From the human T2T-CHM13v2.0 reference genome, Homo sapiens: a stretch of 64,000 nucleotides of DNA. Every line of letters begins with the position of its first letter. Within the stretch, counting starts at the first letter, position 1. A program made the translations under genes and the position numbers. The stretch lies in the NCBI RefSeq assembly GCF_009914755.1, contig NC_060930.1. One strand, 5' to 3'. Shown one piece after another: positions 38,947-53,102 of the stretch. The notes under the pieces are model-generated. The model worked only from the letters and a program-made list of their open reading frames with translations, searched no databases and was not told the origin of the DNA.

Positions 38947-39053
38947 GTTCACGGACGCTGGAGCAGAGTGTCGGGGAGTGGCTGGAGTCGATTGGGCTGC
39001 AGCAGTATGAGAGCAAGTTGCTTCTGAATGGCTTTGACGATGTCCACTTCCTG
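38947..39053 (+). CDS. ANKS1A: ANKS1A coding exon (probably 13), N-half of SAM1: (G)[35 protein letters not shown]
   Basis: catcag|GT acceptor, CTG|gtaagt donor; 107 nt, phase 1 to 0; SAM signature V-x-x-W-L-x-S-I-G-L-x-x-Y. Confidence 0.97.
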
Positions 39054-39847
39054 GTAAGTGGCTGCAGGCCTCCTCAATGGCAGGGTGCTGCTCAGTGGAA
39101 ACAGGCCTCCCTGGCCTCCCCTCTGGCCCCACAGGAGTCTGCAACAGTACGTAGACCCAAATCCCAGGGAAAGCTCACTGAGGTCACTCAGACACCAGGA
39201 AGTCAGCCAGGTGGTATGTGCCTTCTTCCCAAACTGTCCCTCTCCCTCTGCCCCAGAAACGGCTCCAGAGGGAGCTCTCTTTGCAGATCTGCTTCCCAAG
39301 AAGGAGGGTCCCTGATTCAGCCCTGTGTCCCCTCCCTGGCTGTGTATCCCATCAAGGCTGGGTACGAGGAGTTTTATTTATTTCTCAAAACTTGGTGTCA
39401 AGTGAGTTGTCACTGAAGCAAGGAGCCTTGCCTCCAGCAGAAAGACCCCTTCCCTGCCCAGCCAAGGCCCAGTGCCTGGGGTAGAGTCCAGAGTTACACA
39501 GCCTTATATACCCGTGGCCTCAGAGATGGCCCAGAGGAAAGGCTGAGTTGATGGCCTGGAGGATTGGTTGCTTCTTTGAGAAGCTCTCTCACAAAACACA
39601 AAGGGCCAAAAATAAAAAGAGAAACCAGGGTGTTTCCTCTGGATCCCTGCAGAATAGGGACCCATTTAGGACCCTGGGCTCAGGATCTGGTGCACACTCT
39701 GTCATTTCAGAAAGTAGCTCTGATCAGGGTACCTGTCACTGTCCCTCTCTTGGAAGCCCTTCTAGAGGCATCTGCATGCGCCGGGCCTGCTTCCAGGAGC
39801 AGGCATTTGAGCCGAAGTTAGTGATCATGGTCGCTGACACTTCTCAC

Positions 39848-40070
39848 TAGCGCTTACTGTGTGCTTGGCGCCGTTCTTAGTGGTTTGCGTGAATTAGCTC
39901 ATTGAATCTTCCCAGCAGCCCTGGGATGTGGACTCGTATTAATCCATTGCCCAGATGAAGGAAATGAGGTAGGTCCCTTGCTCAGGGTCACACTGTCAGT
40001 CATTGGCAGGGTGGAAATGTGTGTCCAGTGCTCTGGATCTGGAGATCAGGCTCCAGCCACTCTGCTGCAC
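39848..40070 (-). mobile_element. MIR SINE
   Basis: tagcgcttactgtgtgc...tagctcattgaatcttccc...cagatgaaggaaatgagg...cttgctcagggtcacac. Confidence 0.8.
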
Positions 40071-41569
40071 AGCCTCTTTCTTCTCTGTGGATACAGGGAT
40101 GGGGGCGTGGCCACCTATGTGCTTTATGTCACCTTCTAGCCTGAGTCATCTTGGTTTGAGTTAGACCCACCCGCTCCGAGGGGATCTCTCTCACCTGTGC
40201 CCGCCTTGCTCCGCTGCCTCAGTTGAGGGCTGGGGTCAGAGTCAGCATGCAGCTCGCACCACCTGCACTCTGTTCTCTAATGGGGGCTTCTGAGGGTTTC
40301 TCGCTGATCGGGTTGTGTTTGGTGCCTCCTGAATAGTGGCCTGCCCAGGGAGCTGGCCTGAGGCTTCCAGGAGGGACCCACCTCACCCAGAGCCATCTCC
40401 AACTCCAGGGCAAAAGATACTGTGGTGTGCAACAATGCACCCTTTCCAAGCCAGCTTTGGGACAGTTAATTTTCAGCTTTTAGAAATCTTAAGTTTTAAA
40501 ATAGCAATTTTTTTTCTTTTTAAAAGTTAAACTGAATGTATTTATGGTTCTTATGACCTAACTCCTGACTCACCACGTTCCTCGGGGAAGGATGACAAAC
40601 TCGGGGTGGAGAGGGGGCTCAGGCAATGCGTGGGGACCCAGGTTGGCCCCTGGCTCGGAGTGTTGAGGGGCCTTCCTTCTCTCAACTCACCCCTTCCTCA
40701 GGCTGGCCGTCAGATGGGCAAGTGAGGGTGGTCTTAGGGTGTTCCCTCCCTGTACTTCAAGATGCTAGAGGCTGAGCTGTTGCTTCCCACCTCTCCTTCT
40801 GCTGATTTTGGAAAGAACAGGGTTCCTACCCCTCAAATAGCCCGAGACTCCGTAGGACTGGAGCAGAGAGCAGCTGAGCAGGCCTTTGGAGAAGTGTGGC
40901 CTTGGGCCAAAGCTTCATGCACAGGGCAGGGCCTCTGTAAGATGCGTCTGTTCCTATGCTAGAAGGACCCTCATTGAGGGCGGCCTGCAGCTCAGTCCTT
41001 CCAGGGGCTCTCAGTGCTGGCAGGTGGAGTCTATACAAGAAGGAACGTCGAGCACCCCTCGGGTGAGCCGGGACCTCAGATACCTAGAGTGGCCTGCTGT
41101 GCACAGCATCCTGGGTAACCACGTGTGAATGGCCAGGTGGGCTGTCAGGCAAATTATGTTTTAACAGCCTAAAAAAAGAAGGCAACTTGGGAAGGGGAGC
41201 GTTTCTGTTATTGAAATATTCCCTCATTGCATGTGGATAACTTACATTGCATTAGCTACAGTGGATCCCATGTGGTTAGGTTTCCAATAGGCTACAATGT
41301 TTCCCTTGGTTCTGAAATGCCCTGGAGACTCTTCTACAAGATGCAGAAGTAGCTTCCAGGAAGCCAGGCTGGACATGTCTGAGGAGCGTCTGGAAACTGA
41401 GGCTGTTTGACAGTCATGGTGTTGCTGTGGGATCTCCCTGTGATAGGGCCCTGCGAGTTGTCATAGGAGAAGTACAGGGCATTTGTGCACATCACACAGC
41501 TCCCTCTCAGAGTGGAAGGGACTGTAACGCCATGTGGTCTGATCGCCCTCTCTGCCCGAATCCCTTCCA

Positions 41570-41800
41570 AGTAGTCTCTGCCATGATGGTTTTTTAGTGA
41601 CAAGGAATTCACTACCTTGTAAGGAGGTTACCCATTCATTCTTTGCATTGTACTGGCTGATGTAGAGCATTCTTTATATTGAGTCAAAATCTGTTTCCTG
41701 TGGCTTCTGTCTCTTGGTCCCAGGTTTACGTTTTGGGACCACACAGAACATGTTTAAGCCCTTCAGAAAATTGAAGACCTCTGCCCCAGGCTCCAGGTGC
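41570..41800 (-). mobile_element. L3/CR1-like fragment
   Basis: ctttatattgagtcaaaatctgtttcctgtggcttc...cccttcagaaaattgaagac. Confidence 0.5.
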
Positions 41801-43781
41801 CATGCCCTCTTATTCTCCTCTTGTGATGTGGTGATTGAGCTGGACAGGCAGGCAACTTGAACTTTATCCACACTGTCTTGCTTACAGACAGAAAGGGCCT
41901 TTGATTTAGAGGGGCAGGGCCAGGGCAGTGGGGGCTGCCAGGTGCTCCCTAGGATGGTGGAACTGACACCAGACGCAGGGAGAGAGGGAAACGTGGCTCA
42001 CACATCTGCCAGCCAGCCAGCCCACGAGCCCACCACACTGCACCTGCATCGTAGCTGGTTCCATTTTCACCACAAATCTTATCCACAGGAAATGGGCTTT
42101 CTTAGGAGAAGGGAGGAAATGCATTTAATCAGCACGGAAGGAAGGTAATTGGTGGTTGGCAAATTTGTAGCTCCGGGCGTGCTAGCGCAGGTCTGATGCC
42201 CTTCACTCAGCCTGACGCCCTTCACAGAAGTGTTGATTGAATAAACGATGGTGGTCCTGATGCTGGAGTGCTAAGTAGATATTTAAAAAACCACATTTTT
42301 GAAGAATTGCTAATGTGGGGAATGTCCCCCTTGTAGTGCTGAGTGAAGAAACTGACACAGAAATTCACAATATGATCTTAATTTCTGAAAAAGAAAACAT
42401 GTATGCATAGGAGGTGCAAGGGAGTGAGCCAAGATGTTTTCAGTGGCTATCTCAGGAGGACTCCGGGGGCTTCATTTTCCTCTTTGGAGTGTAATCGTTT
42501 TTCTCCATTTCCCACCATGAATAGATGTGAAATCAGAAAAGCAAATAACGTAGGTGTCTTAAGGAACTTGATGGTCCAGCTGGGAAAACAAAGCACATAA
42601 AAGAGCAGCCAGTGTCAAGTGCAGCGGAGGCTGGCAAGCACCGCCAGCAGAGGAGGAGGCCTGGATGGCAGAGATGCTGCTGCTGCCCAAGTGGCAGAGC
42701 CAAGTCCAACCTCGAACCTCTGGGTTCTGCTGTCTGTCCCAGGGGTTTCGTAGAGATGGTGGGACTTGGAAAGATCACAGAGACAGGAAAGGCCTGCTGA
42801 GAGGGGCCAACCTGTCTCTGGTGAGGGAGGAGGCTGCTGGGGGGCAGTGACGGGCAGGGCCCTGACCAGGCGGGAGAGATGGCTGGGCCTGACCTCAGGG
42901 CTCTCGAAAGCCATGTGTGGGAGAGTCCCAAGGTCTCTGAGCCCTGGGCATGGGGGGATGGTCTCTGCTAGTGCCCCACACCAGGCAAAAAGCCCCTTGA
43001 GTGAGGCACACCTTAGACATCCAGGGCACAGCTGAGAGCCCACGTGTGGCAGGCAGTCATGGCTCGGGGCAGTGGACAAATGGAAGATGGAAATGAGGCT
43101 GGCAGCAGGCTCAGGAAGGGTTAGAAATGGATACTGAGTCGGCCAGGCCGGATGGGAGGCCGCCTGCTCCTCCCGTCAATTTCTTTCTCTGCAGGCTCCT
43201 GCTACGTGGCAGATAGGCCCCCGCTGTCTTCCTGTGTGTTTCTGAGGTGGTGCCAGCTTGTTCCTACGTGTTGGAGAGAAATGACAGATGAAGAGAGGCC
43301 AAAGGCATAAGCTGGGGCCAAGAGGTTCTTCTACTGGCTTCTTTGAAACTTTCCAACCAGGTCCCCAAGCCCCTGAGGCTCCCTTCCTGTTCCTGTCCCC
43401 TGGATTTGCTCCTCACTCTCCAGCCCTCTAAACCGGCTTCACGTGAACAGTGGGGCTTGTCATCACCTCCTATGACATCCCTCCTTTTGCCTTCTTCTGC
43501 CCCAGGCCCAAGAGGCCACTGCCAGCCTAAGCGAGCTGCCACTGGGCACCATTATCAGAATGGTCATGGCCAAGAGGCCCTCTCCCCAGCCCCCACCTCC
43601 ACCCCCGTCCCATCTCCCTGCACAGCACTCCATGAGCTGACTGCTGTCTTGGAGTTTTCTGCCCAGTTGAAGCAGAGCCTTAAACAGGAGGATCAGTGGA
43701 GCTGAGGCTTGGAAAGGAAAGGAATCCTCTTAGACAAGTGTGGATCCAGCCTCCTGGACTAGCTAAATTCTGTAGTCACTT

Positions 43782-43870
43782 AAGAATGTAATTCCTCGGT
43801 ATCCCAGGAGGAAGAATGTAATTCCTTGCTATCCAAGGAGGAAGAATGTAATTCCTCGCTATCCCAGGAG
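43782..43870. repeat. 30-bp minisatellite, 3 copies
   Basis: aagaatgtaattcct(c/t)g(g/c)tatcc(c/a)aggagg at 43782, 43812 and 43842. Confidence 0.95.
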
Positions 43871-46684
43871 TTGATGCTGCACCAGGGCCTCACCATCTCT
43901 GCCAGACTCTCCCTTGGTCTCGGGAGCCTGACCAAGGGCAGCCCTTTTAGCAAGTGAGACAAGGGACAGGCTCATTTGGGGCCTATTTCCAGCGAGTGCA
44001 CCTCTTGCCCCCCCTCCCATTCACTGCCTGAATGTGCAGGCATTCCAGGTGACCAGCTGGAATCACTCAGGAGCCCTCCTCTGACTGCCCCAGGTACTGC
44101 TCTGGCCTTCTCCAGTCCCCTTTACAGTAGAAGGAACTCTGGGAACATTCTGAATGCCTGTTTTCATGCCTGCTAATTTGACCAACTGCTCTTTAAAGTG
44201 GAGTTGGACTGGCTGACAGATCCTCTTCCGTCGCTCCTGATTGCTGGCCTCGTTGTGAGCAGCAGCAGAGGCGTCTTTCCTGGCACCTCGAATGTCTAGG
44301 TACTCACTCAGCCAAACCCCGCATTGCGGGCTCTCAGTACGGTAATGTGCCCACTGTCACCCCTCAGGTGGCGTGGAGCTGGGACTGGCAGCCACGTCCC
44401 TGGACCTGGAGTGGTGCTTCCACCTCCCAATCTTCCCTTCCCAGGAAGATGCAGCCCCTGGGGCTCATGCTCATGTGCCCTCACAAGGTTGGAGCCTGGC
44501 ACTGGGGCCCGTCAGGCTGGGTGAGTGCATCACCCCTGGGCTGGTCCAGGTCAGACGTCCACCCACTGCATGTTGGGAGCCATTCAACCATAGGCTGAGA
44601 AAGGAGCTGGCAAGGAATGAGATGCAGTTCGGCTCTGTGCACTGGCTCAGGCCCCCCAGGTTCTTCTGGGCCTGTGCAGCCACCACCACTGCCTGGCCCG
44701 TTGCTTCTACCCGCCTCCTCCCCACCCTGCTCTCTATGAAGCTCCGGGTTAGTTAAGTAAACTGGATGGGGGAAGCTCAGGAGAACTCAAGAGTCTACTT
44801 AGTGGCAAAGGGAACTGGACCAGGAGTCAGGAGAGCTGGGTTCCCCTCCAGGTCCCCGCCCTGTGTGACTTTCAGCAGGTTACCCTTCCTCCCTGTTCGT
44901 CGTCTGTCACACGGGCCTTCATTTGACCTACTTACTTCATGAGGCATAAACTCCGAAGAGGACACAGTGTTATGTGTGGTGACATCGTGTCAGAGAGCAA
45001 AACCGCATGTAAGGACGCAAGGTGGGAAGGTGGTGTTTTTCTGAAAAAGGCAGTGGGCAGCAGTCTTTCTCTGCAGGCCGCAGAGGTTGGTTTTGTCTCA
45101 GTCTTGTCCTCAGATCCATGAGTTAAAGCTGCTTTGGGTGGTCTTGGGACCAAGCCTCTGACTCCAGACTCACTTGGTCCCAGCAGATCTACACGGCTGA
45201 TTTGGGGGTGACTGTGGCACCTTGACCTCAGCCAAGACCTCAAAGAGGAAGGTGTTTCAGGATGGCAGGCAGGAGATGAGTGGGAAGGCTGCCATGTCTG
45301 CCCACAGAGAGAATGGGGGCACCAAGGACCTGCTTGGGAGAACAGGGGTCAGAGTGGGGGGGTGCTTTCATGAAACTGGGAAGAGTTTCCCAAACCCATG
45401 TGCTGTCATATCCATCCTTGAGAGCCCTTCCCATGACGTGACAGATAACAAGGGCCTCAGAAGTCACCTGCAGAGGCCTTAGGAACTGGTAACACTTGAC
45501 TCTTCCTGGTGGCTGTCACCACTGAGTTTTATCCCTTGAGGTGAGGCCAGGGGTGGCTGGGGTATGGGATAGGAAAGCAGAGAGCTGTGGGTGGGTCAGG
45601 CCAAGTGGTTCCTGCTCCTTCTGCCAGCTGTTAGTTGAGGGTAGGATGTCAATGTGGGGCTACTTTGGGAAATTCTGTTGCAGAGTCCTGGCAGAGCAGA
45701 TGAACAAAACAGCCACTGAGCGCCTGATTCCTGCCCTCAGGCTGATGCTGGGTAGCAAACCCTGTGAGGCAGGTGGTTCCACTCTTGTTTAGCAGGTCCT
45801 GCTTTCTTAAGAACCTTGAGCAGCTGAACCGGGATTGGAACCCCTTTCTACCACAGCTGCTTTGCATAGTAGCTGGTACTGGGAAAGCCCTCGCCCCAGG
45901 TGGGTGACTGCACGCAGGCCTCAGGGAGCATGGCTTCTATTTCCCATCATTATTAAGAATTGGGGCCATAGTGGTGAGTATTAGAGAGCCCTGTCCCCTC
46001 CTCTTTGCTTTCTGTCCCCTCTCCCGATGGTTCTTCCTGCCCCCACCCCCGGGCCAGCCCCACAGCAGATGCCCTGGGACTGGGAGGAAACATGTGCTCC
46101 CCCTCCTCTCTGGGCCCATGCACCATGGCCATTATAGCCCCAGCCTCAGAAGTTGGTCCTGGCTGAGACCAGAAACCTGTTGTGTGTTTAGTCACCTGCA
46201 CCCCAGACGAACGTGCTGAGTAACATGTTCTGGGGACTGCATAAACCACCTGTAGTAGCGGCCGGCCAGCATTAGCAAAGGCCGGAGAAGCCCGAGTGCC
46301 CAGTGGCAGGGTGAGTGACGGGCGTGCTTGAGTTGGTGCCGTCGCCACAGGTGTTGATAAATACAGTGAAATGTCATGGGGGATATTCACATGCAGTAGA
46401 TGGGCATGTTAAAAGAGGCAGGTTAAAGAAACAGGTGGCAAGTGGTGGGGAAAAAAAAGAAAAACTGTCTGCATTCAGCCTATAATCCCAATTTTGCTGA
46501 AGTTTTTTTTCCTAATATATAGCTCAGAAAAATACACCAAAATGGTAGAAGTGATCCCAATCTTCCTTTTTTAAGAAAATTAATTAACTTAGGAAGATAA
46601 CACCGAACAGTGGCCTTATGTTTCCCCCTGAGGTGATAGACTTATGGGTAGCTTTTACATTTTTCTTTGTACTTCATTTTCAAT

Positions 46685-46987
46685 TTTTTTTTTTTTTTTT
46701 TGAGACGGAGTTTCGCCCTTTCCCCCAGGCTGGAGTGCAGTGGCGAAATCTCGGCTCACTGCAACCTCTGCTCCGCCCCCAGTTCAAGCGATTTCTCCTG
46801 CCTCGGCCTCCTGTGTAGCTGGAATTACTGGCGGGCACTACCACAGCCAGCTAATTTTTGTATTTTTAGTAGAGATGTAGTTTCACCATGTTGGCCAGGC
46901 TGGTCTTGAACTCCTGACCTCAGGTGATCCACTCGCCTCAGCCTCCCAAAGTGCTAAGATTACAGGCGTGAGCCACCGCACCTGGCC
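46685..46987 (-). mobile_element. Alu, AluS (Sq/Sx-like), within an L1ME-like 3' fragment
   Basis: Poly-T and full antisense dimer; TSD-like attttcaa. Confidence 0.93.
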
Positions 46988-48338
46988 TATTTTCAAATTT
47001 TTCTACTAATAAACTTGTATTATTCAAGAAACTCAAAAGAATCTTTTAGTGTAGGGAAGAGGTCGAGGGCCAGGAGAAATCCATCACGTTCTTAGAGACA
47101 GCGTCAGTGTCACAGTGTCACGGTGAACCAGCCTGTGCCTGGGGAAGCTCTGGGGTGGGGAGGAGCAGGCAGGGAAGAGGGCAGGGCCAGCCATGCCTCC
47201 CACATCTGCCCGGGGTTTGTTACTAAGCTTTGGCAGCTCCTCTCCCAGAATAGGCAGGCCCCAAAACTCAATCCAGCAAGGGTGTGGCTTTGTCCCCGCA
47301 CTCAGCTCTTCCTACCCTCCCTACTCTTGGTTAGCGGAATCTGCCCTTGTGGCCTAATTTGCAATTTCTTGTGTGTCCAGGTTCTCCCCGCCACATACCC
47401 CCTCTCCCCTCTTGGGAGGGTCCCTTCCCACAGTGCCCTGATCCCTGAGTCTGAGAAAGGGAATGGGTGGTGAAGGGGAGAGGCTGGAGGGCTGCAGGGA
47501 GAAGCACCTTGTAAGTCCAGGATCATAGCTCTGTCTCGTTTCTTCTCTTGCAAGAGAGGAGAGTTCAGCCTTGAGTTTCCTGTGACTGATGGGGCAGTCA
47601 GGGGAACTGGCAAAGTGACCGTCTGAGAAGAGACAGGCAGACTGAACATGGAAAGGAGGGTGGAGGGGGCTGCCGGCCGAGTGTAAAGTCTGGAGCTAGA
47701 GTCCAGGCTGGCGCAGCTCTGGCCCCAAGAATCAGAATCTAGTGGCCTTGGTTTGGGTGAACGTCCAATGCAAGAGAGGGCTGACGTCTGGCCATTGGTG
47801 GGCCCAGGACTGCCCCTCCACACCATGGCCCATGGATTTCATCACAAGACTCAAGCCTTCCTTCCCTGGGCTCTCCAGGACAGAGTGGAGCAGGTGATAG
47901 GGTGGTCCCAGGCCTTTCCCACTGGTTCAAGGTCGGTAAGCCCTGGGCCCTCTGCCTTTTCCCAGGCTCCCTCTGGAGACCCAAGAGTGGGAAGAGTGAC
48001 ATCCCCCACACACTAGGCTTTCTGATTGTGGTTATGAATGAAGCCTGCTTTCCCAAACTGCTTTTTATCTGCTGGACCCCCCTCCTGCAGTCCCCCAACC
48101 CCCACCATTGTCCCTTGTCCCTGCCCCATCCACAGGCCTCAGCATGTGGGCTCTGGGTCAGGCTCTCAGCTCCAGCCACAGTCTGCTTGGTGACTTTAGC
48201 AAAGTAACTTAGGTCTCTTGGTATTCTCCTCCGTCAAATGGGGCTTTCACCCCTGTCTACAGTGGAGCTATTTAGAGGATTAAATGAGATTAGTGCAAGG
48301 CACTTAGCTAGTGCCTAGAACACAGAGGGCTGACAATA

Positions 48339-48946
<608 letters not shown>

Positions 48947-49280
48947 CTACAGGGGCATCAATAGTTGTCACCTGTGTTTAGACTATGACTGGTATTGGTG
49001 GCAGTGTCGTCATTTTCAGCTCTTGCAGTCTGGTGCCTCTCTGCTGGGTCTTCCACCAACTCTTTCCCAGCTTAACCCCCATCTTCCTAGAAAGCCTCCT
49101 TTCCCATCTCACCCCTTCCCTTTCCAGGTCTTTTTCCGATCCTGAAGAGACTAGCTGAGAGTCTAGCACCTCTCAAAGGTCTGAATAGAAAACACTTACC
49201 ATCTATTGCCTCTAAGGGTGAATCACCTAGGAGACCTAATCTACATAATAGGAACCTTGGTCCCCACAAGCCTTTATCTT

Positions 49281-49575
49281 TTTTTTTTTTTTTTTTTTTT
49301 TGAGACAGTCTCGCTCTGTTGCCCAGGCTAGAGTACAGTGGTACAACCTCGGCTCACTGCAAGCTCTGCCTCCCAGGTTCATGCCATTCTTCTGCCTCAG
49401 CCGCCCGAGTAGCTGGGACTACAGGTGTCCGCCACCACGCTAATTTTTTGTATTTTTACTAGAGATGGTTTTTCACCGTGTTAGCCTGGATGGTCTCAAT
49501 CTCCTGACCTCGTGATCTGCCTGCCTCGGCCTCCCAAAGTGCTGGGATTACAGGCGTGAGCCACCGTGCACAGCC
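49281..49575 (-). mobile_element. AluY inserted in the MER4 LTR
   Basis: Y diagnostics; perfect 16-bp TSD cacaagcctttatctt at 49265-49280 and 49576-49591. Confidence 0.96.
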
Positions 49576-49610
49576 CACAAGCCTTTATCTTAACCCAGAC
49601 ACCCCTTTCT

Positions 49611-49886
<276 letters not shown>

Positions 49887-52800
49887 TCAACTAGTTGCCA
49901 ATCAGAAAATCTTTGAATCCACTTGTGACCTGTAAGGCCACCACCCCCAAACTTCAGCTTTGAGTTGTCCCTCCTTTCCAGACTGAACCAGTGCATACCT
50001 CACATATATCGCTTGATGTCTTGTGTCTCCCTAAAATGTATGAAATCAAAGGGAAGGGAATCCTCTATAGAATGTAAATTTCCCCCACAAGAGGCAGCTT
50101 TGCAGGGCCATTTCAAAATATGCTAAAGAAATATATTTGGGGGTAAAATACTTTGTTTCGGGGCTGCTGTCTGTCATGCGATGCCATACTGGAGTCAGGT
50201 TGTCACTCGGTGTCTTGTTGCTACAGAGTCCGCTGGGTCAGTCTTAGGATCTCTGCTTTAATGATAATGTGGGACTGTTGTGCCTGAATTCCACAGGGAG
50301 GAGGGTGTAATGAGGCAGGTCCAATGCCCCTACCCATCATGGCCTGAACCAGTTTTTCAGGTTTCTGTGGGATCCCCTTGGCCTAGAGGGGGGGTCCATT
50401 CAGTTTCCTGGGGGGCTGATGGTTTTATTTTTGGTTCATACCGCTGAGGTACCAGATGCTGTCTGGCAGAGCCACACCCCCTGAGCTGGCCACACGCTCC
50501 CAGTCAGAACTTCTCTGCGGTTTGGATGTGTCAGGGTCCTGTTTCCAGAAGATCCGTTAAAGTCAAAGCAAACTCCTACCTACCCCGGCCTCGTGGAGCC
50601 TTCCTGCGGTCCTGCCATTTGCCCCATCCTGTAGACAGGGCTGCAGGAAGCAGCCCAGCCAGCAACCAGTGTGGAGGGAGAGGGAGTCCAAGGCCCAGGC
50701 CGGCCCCTCCCCATCTGGGGCTGCCCTGCAACCCTCAGTGGTAACTTAGGACAGCTCCTATTTCCCCTTTGGCTAAAAGGGTCTACACCAGTGTGTCACC
50801 ACTCCCAAACAGTCCCCTTCCTGGGCCTTTGCCACTTTGTTGAATGAAGACCTCACCTGCAGTTAAGCAAAATATTAACATGTGAGATGCCTTTCAAGAT
50901 GCAAAAGGATATTTTCCTTCTAAAATCACATGGGCAGGAAGGCTCTGAAGATGTTAGAGCCCCAGTGGACTGGAGAAAGCCAGGAAGAAAGCAGTGTGGG
51001 TCCTGCAGTAGCCCCTGCCGCTTCTCCTGCCTCCTGCTCTCCCAGGACGCCCGGGGCCGACCCGGGCCGACCCTTGTCATGCTCCTTCCGTTCACCTGGG
51101 CCTCCATGCTTTCAGCTACCTTCTGCATCTTCAGGTGGAGCCCAGTGACAGATACTCGCAGGAAGGAGAAAGCATTCAAATGGCTTAGGTTGATGGAAAG
51201 TGACACTGATTACAGCCACCATGGTAGATGCTTCACGTGTACCTTACCAAGGAAGGGCACCCAGCCACGATCATAGGCGACTCTACAAACCCAGCCCCTT
51301 ACTGAACTCCAATAGGCCAGGCTGGCTTCTTCCAGAGTCAGGCTGGCCCTTGGCACAGTGCCCGTGCTATGTATCCAGAGGCCTGGGCCCACATCCTGAC
51401 CCTGTTTCTCCCTTATTGGAGGCCCTGGCATTTCCGAACCCACTCACCTCTAAGAATTGGATTCTGTACAGTTAAAGGAACAGTGTCCCTTCCCCGAGAG
51501 GTGGAGAAAAGGTGGCCAGGAGGGAGAGGGTCCTGGGAGGAGCATTTATGCGCGATGCTGAGAGATGGGATTCTACGGAGGGAGGCAGCATTGGCTCTCA
51601 GCTCAGCAGGGGCTGTGCCCCAGCCCAGGACGGGTGTCCTGCTCCTGCTGTCTGGCAGGCGTCTGCCCGCACCCCCACACTTTGCTTTTGTCTTCAGTAC
51701 ACCCTGCCTGCCCCAGCAGGAAGAGCCGAGGAAGACGACTGGGGTTGGTCAGATGGGGCCTGAGCAGTCCCTTTGCCATGCTCTAGTACCATGGCCTTGG
51801 ATAAGTCCAGTCTGCTCTCCAAGCCTCAGTTTCTTTCTGTGTAATGTGAGCAGCTCCTATCTGAAAGGTTTATTGGGCGGATTTTTGCAGGTCATGGGTG
51901 TGAAGCCCCTAGCACAGTGCTGGACTGTGGTCAGAACTCAGTATCACTGGCCCGCATCTTCACTGTGAGCCCAGGACAGGCCACACGTCACACGTCACCT
52001 CCCACAAAGCCCGGCAGAGGGTGCCCAGGGAACTCTTGTTATGCCCAGAGCTCAGTGACCCAGGGGAGCACTTCTTGCTGTCCCCTTCCCTTGAGTTCTC
52101 CAAAGCAGGCCATGGCCATGATCACAGGCTGAGGAGCCAGGCCGCCAGGGGCCATCCTGGCTCTGCCTCTTCCATGGGAGCACTTTTTCCTCTGCAAAGC
52201 GGGGAGCAGTCGGACACCTGCCGGCGATATGAAGTCTGAGCGAGTCAGGACAGGGGGAGGCCCAGATCCCAGGCGAAGATCAGTGCTCTGTCCCGCCTTG
52301 GTTGCTGGGAGCCCTCCTGTCCCCTCTTCCTCAGGGACTGGACCCAAACCAGGCCAGGCCGGAAGACTAGTTGTGTGTTTCAGATGTCACTTGGAGTTGT
52401 GAAGCTTTTATCAAAGCTGAGACAATCCCTGTTAACTAAAATCCCTAGGACAATGAACTGTTGTCCTTTATTCACTTCCTAATTATAGAAGTGTCCTGCC
52501 ATGTAGTAAGTACTCAGTAAATGTTAGCATGGTAGCAGATAAAGTAGAAAATCTCTTTTCCCCCATGACCCTCCTTGTGAAGAGGTTTCTAAAAGCCAGT
52601 GGTCCCTTCTCCCTGAGTAAAGAGGGTGTGGTAACTTCCAGAAACGTTTCTTGCCCTTTGAGGATATGTGGCACTGAGTAGTCACCACACAAGCTCATCC
52701 CCCGGTGCGGAGATATGGCTACTTCAGGAATTGGGAGGACCCCGCGCTGCGCCCGGAATGTGCTCTGGCAATGGTTTGCCTTTCTTTTCTGTCATTTCCT

Positions 52801-53102
52801 TTATTTTTGTGTGTTTCCATTCATCTCTTGTTCCTCAAAGCTGCACACAGCCCGCCCTTCTGCTGGCCAAGGTCTGGTTAGCAAAGGGCCTGTCTCCGGC
52901 GGATCTGGCTTTCCTCGCTGTCAGCCTTCAGGTGCCCTGAAAGCTGGCGAAGGTTTCTGAGTCAATGCTGGGGTTGAGTGGGAGTTTAGAACATCACTGC
53001 GGTGCCGCAGTCACTCTTGGACGTCCACGTCCTCTTGGAGGTTTGAGGCAGGCTCAGCTCAGCCGTTCGCTTTGGTATCCTCATAATCAGGTAGAAAGTC
53101 TG

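Noticed and set aside
39054-39416. Read-through of ORF 38838..39416 beyond the SAM1 exon donor
   Set aside because: Consensus gtaagt donor at 39054; the downstream translation has no SAM similarity, so only the 5' extension is considered meaningful
43782-43870. CRISPR-like 30-bp repeats
   Set aside because: Repeats are head-to-tail with no unique spacers, in a mammalian intron with no cas genes
52141-52156. CTCF-like motif gccgccaggggccatc
   Set aside because: Mismatches the core consensus; a single motif cannot be supported from sequence alone
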